Positions 63,412 through 64,000 of a DNA stretch of 64,000 bases are shown in pieces. The translations under genes were made by a program, and so were the position numbers. Source of the DNA: Ginglymostoma cirratum (Eukaryota); assembly GCA_024137785.1 (NCBI GenBank), contig JAHRHZ010000093.1, forward strand, positions 3,910,087-3,974,086, in the 5' to 3' direction. How positions within the stretch are numbered: position 1 is the first letter of the stretch; each line of letters opens with the position of its first letter. The notes under the pieces were generated by a model that was not told the origin of the DNA, made no database searches, and saw nothing but the letters and a program-made list of their open reading frames with translations.

Positions 63412-63762
63412 CCTTTATTCATTCACGGGATGAGGGTGTCACTGGTTAGCCAGCATTTATCGTCCATCCATAATTGCCTAGAGGGCAGCTGAGAGTCAAC
63501 CACATTGCTGTGGGACTGGAGTCACATATGGGCCAGACCAGGTAAGGATGGCAGTTTTCCTCCCTGAAGGACATTAGTGAACCAGATGGGTTTTTCTGAC
63601 AATTGACAATGGATTCATGGTCATCATTAGATTCTTAATTCCAGATTTCTACTGAATTCAAATTCCACGATCTGCCGTGGCAGGATTTGAACCCAGGTCC
63701 CCAGAACATCATCTGCGTCTCTGAATTAACAGTCCAGTGATAATACCACTAGGCCGTCACCC
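63412..63762 (-). mobile_element. Full-length tRNA-derived SINE, the best copy of an abundant family
   Basis: Minus strand has A box CGGCCTAGTGGTAT and B box GGTTCAAATCC. Homologous pieces at 28556, 46960, 48445 and 49735, and tail-like pieces at 55115 and 62690. Confidence 0.85.
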
Positions 63763-64000
63763 TTGCTGACCTATTCAGGCCCCAGAAATCACTGCTTCTT
63801 CGAATAAAATTTTAATCTCTGCCTTCAGATAATTTATTATCTATTCCTTAACTCCAGTATAATCAGTGTTTCATATATGTTCATCACAATCGCCCTGATT
63901 TTGTACTCCTTATTTACAAAAGCTAGGGTACAATAGAATTTATTAGCCATGCTCTTGAATTTTTTTTTCTTTTCATAGATGTGGATGCCACTGAAAAGGT

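Overview
Vertebrate genomic DNA, most likely a shark or other elasmobranch, judged from HE1-like SINEs, Deu-domain SINEs, CR1 LINEs and Penelope-like elements (PLE). Two intron-containing genes lie in tandem on the minus strand. EBF1 has coding exons 1-5 at 13686->6927 and continues off the left edge. RNF145 has its last seven coding exons at 61670->38052, with its 5' exons off the right edge. All exons were placed by reading frame and GT-AG boundaries. EBF1 sits in a broad CpG-retaining domain, while the RNF145 introns are full of decayed CR1 and SINE copies. The most notable unexplained structure is a cluster of short non-autonomous PLE pLTR derivatives from three families, mostly upstream of EBF1. 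They carry minimal type I hammerhead ribozyme cores (CUGANGA-A-stem II-GAAA plus a palindromic ACGU/AGCU stem III), several have 10-17 bp target-site duplications (TSDs), and three are head-to-head fold-backs. Two copies keep an intact core. A 37-bp minisatellite with EBF-like half-sites lies about 4.4 kb upstream of the EBF1 ATG. Most ORFs in the supplied track are spurious. Repeat boundaries are approximate and family names come from recognition, not a database search.
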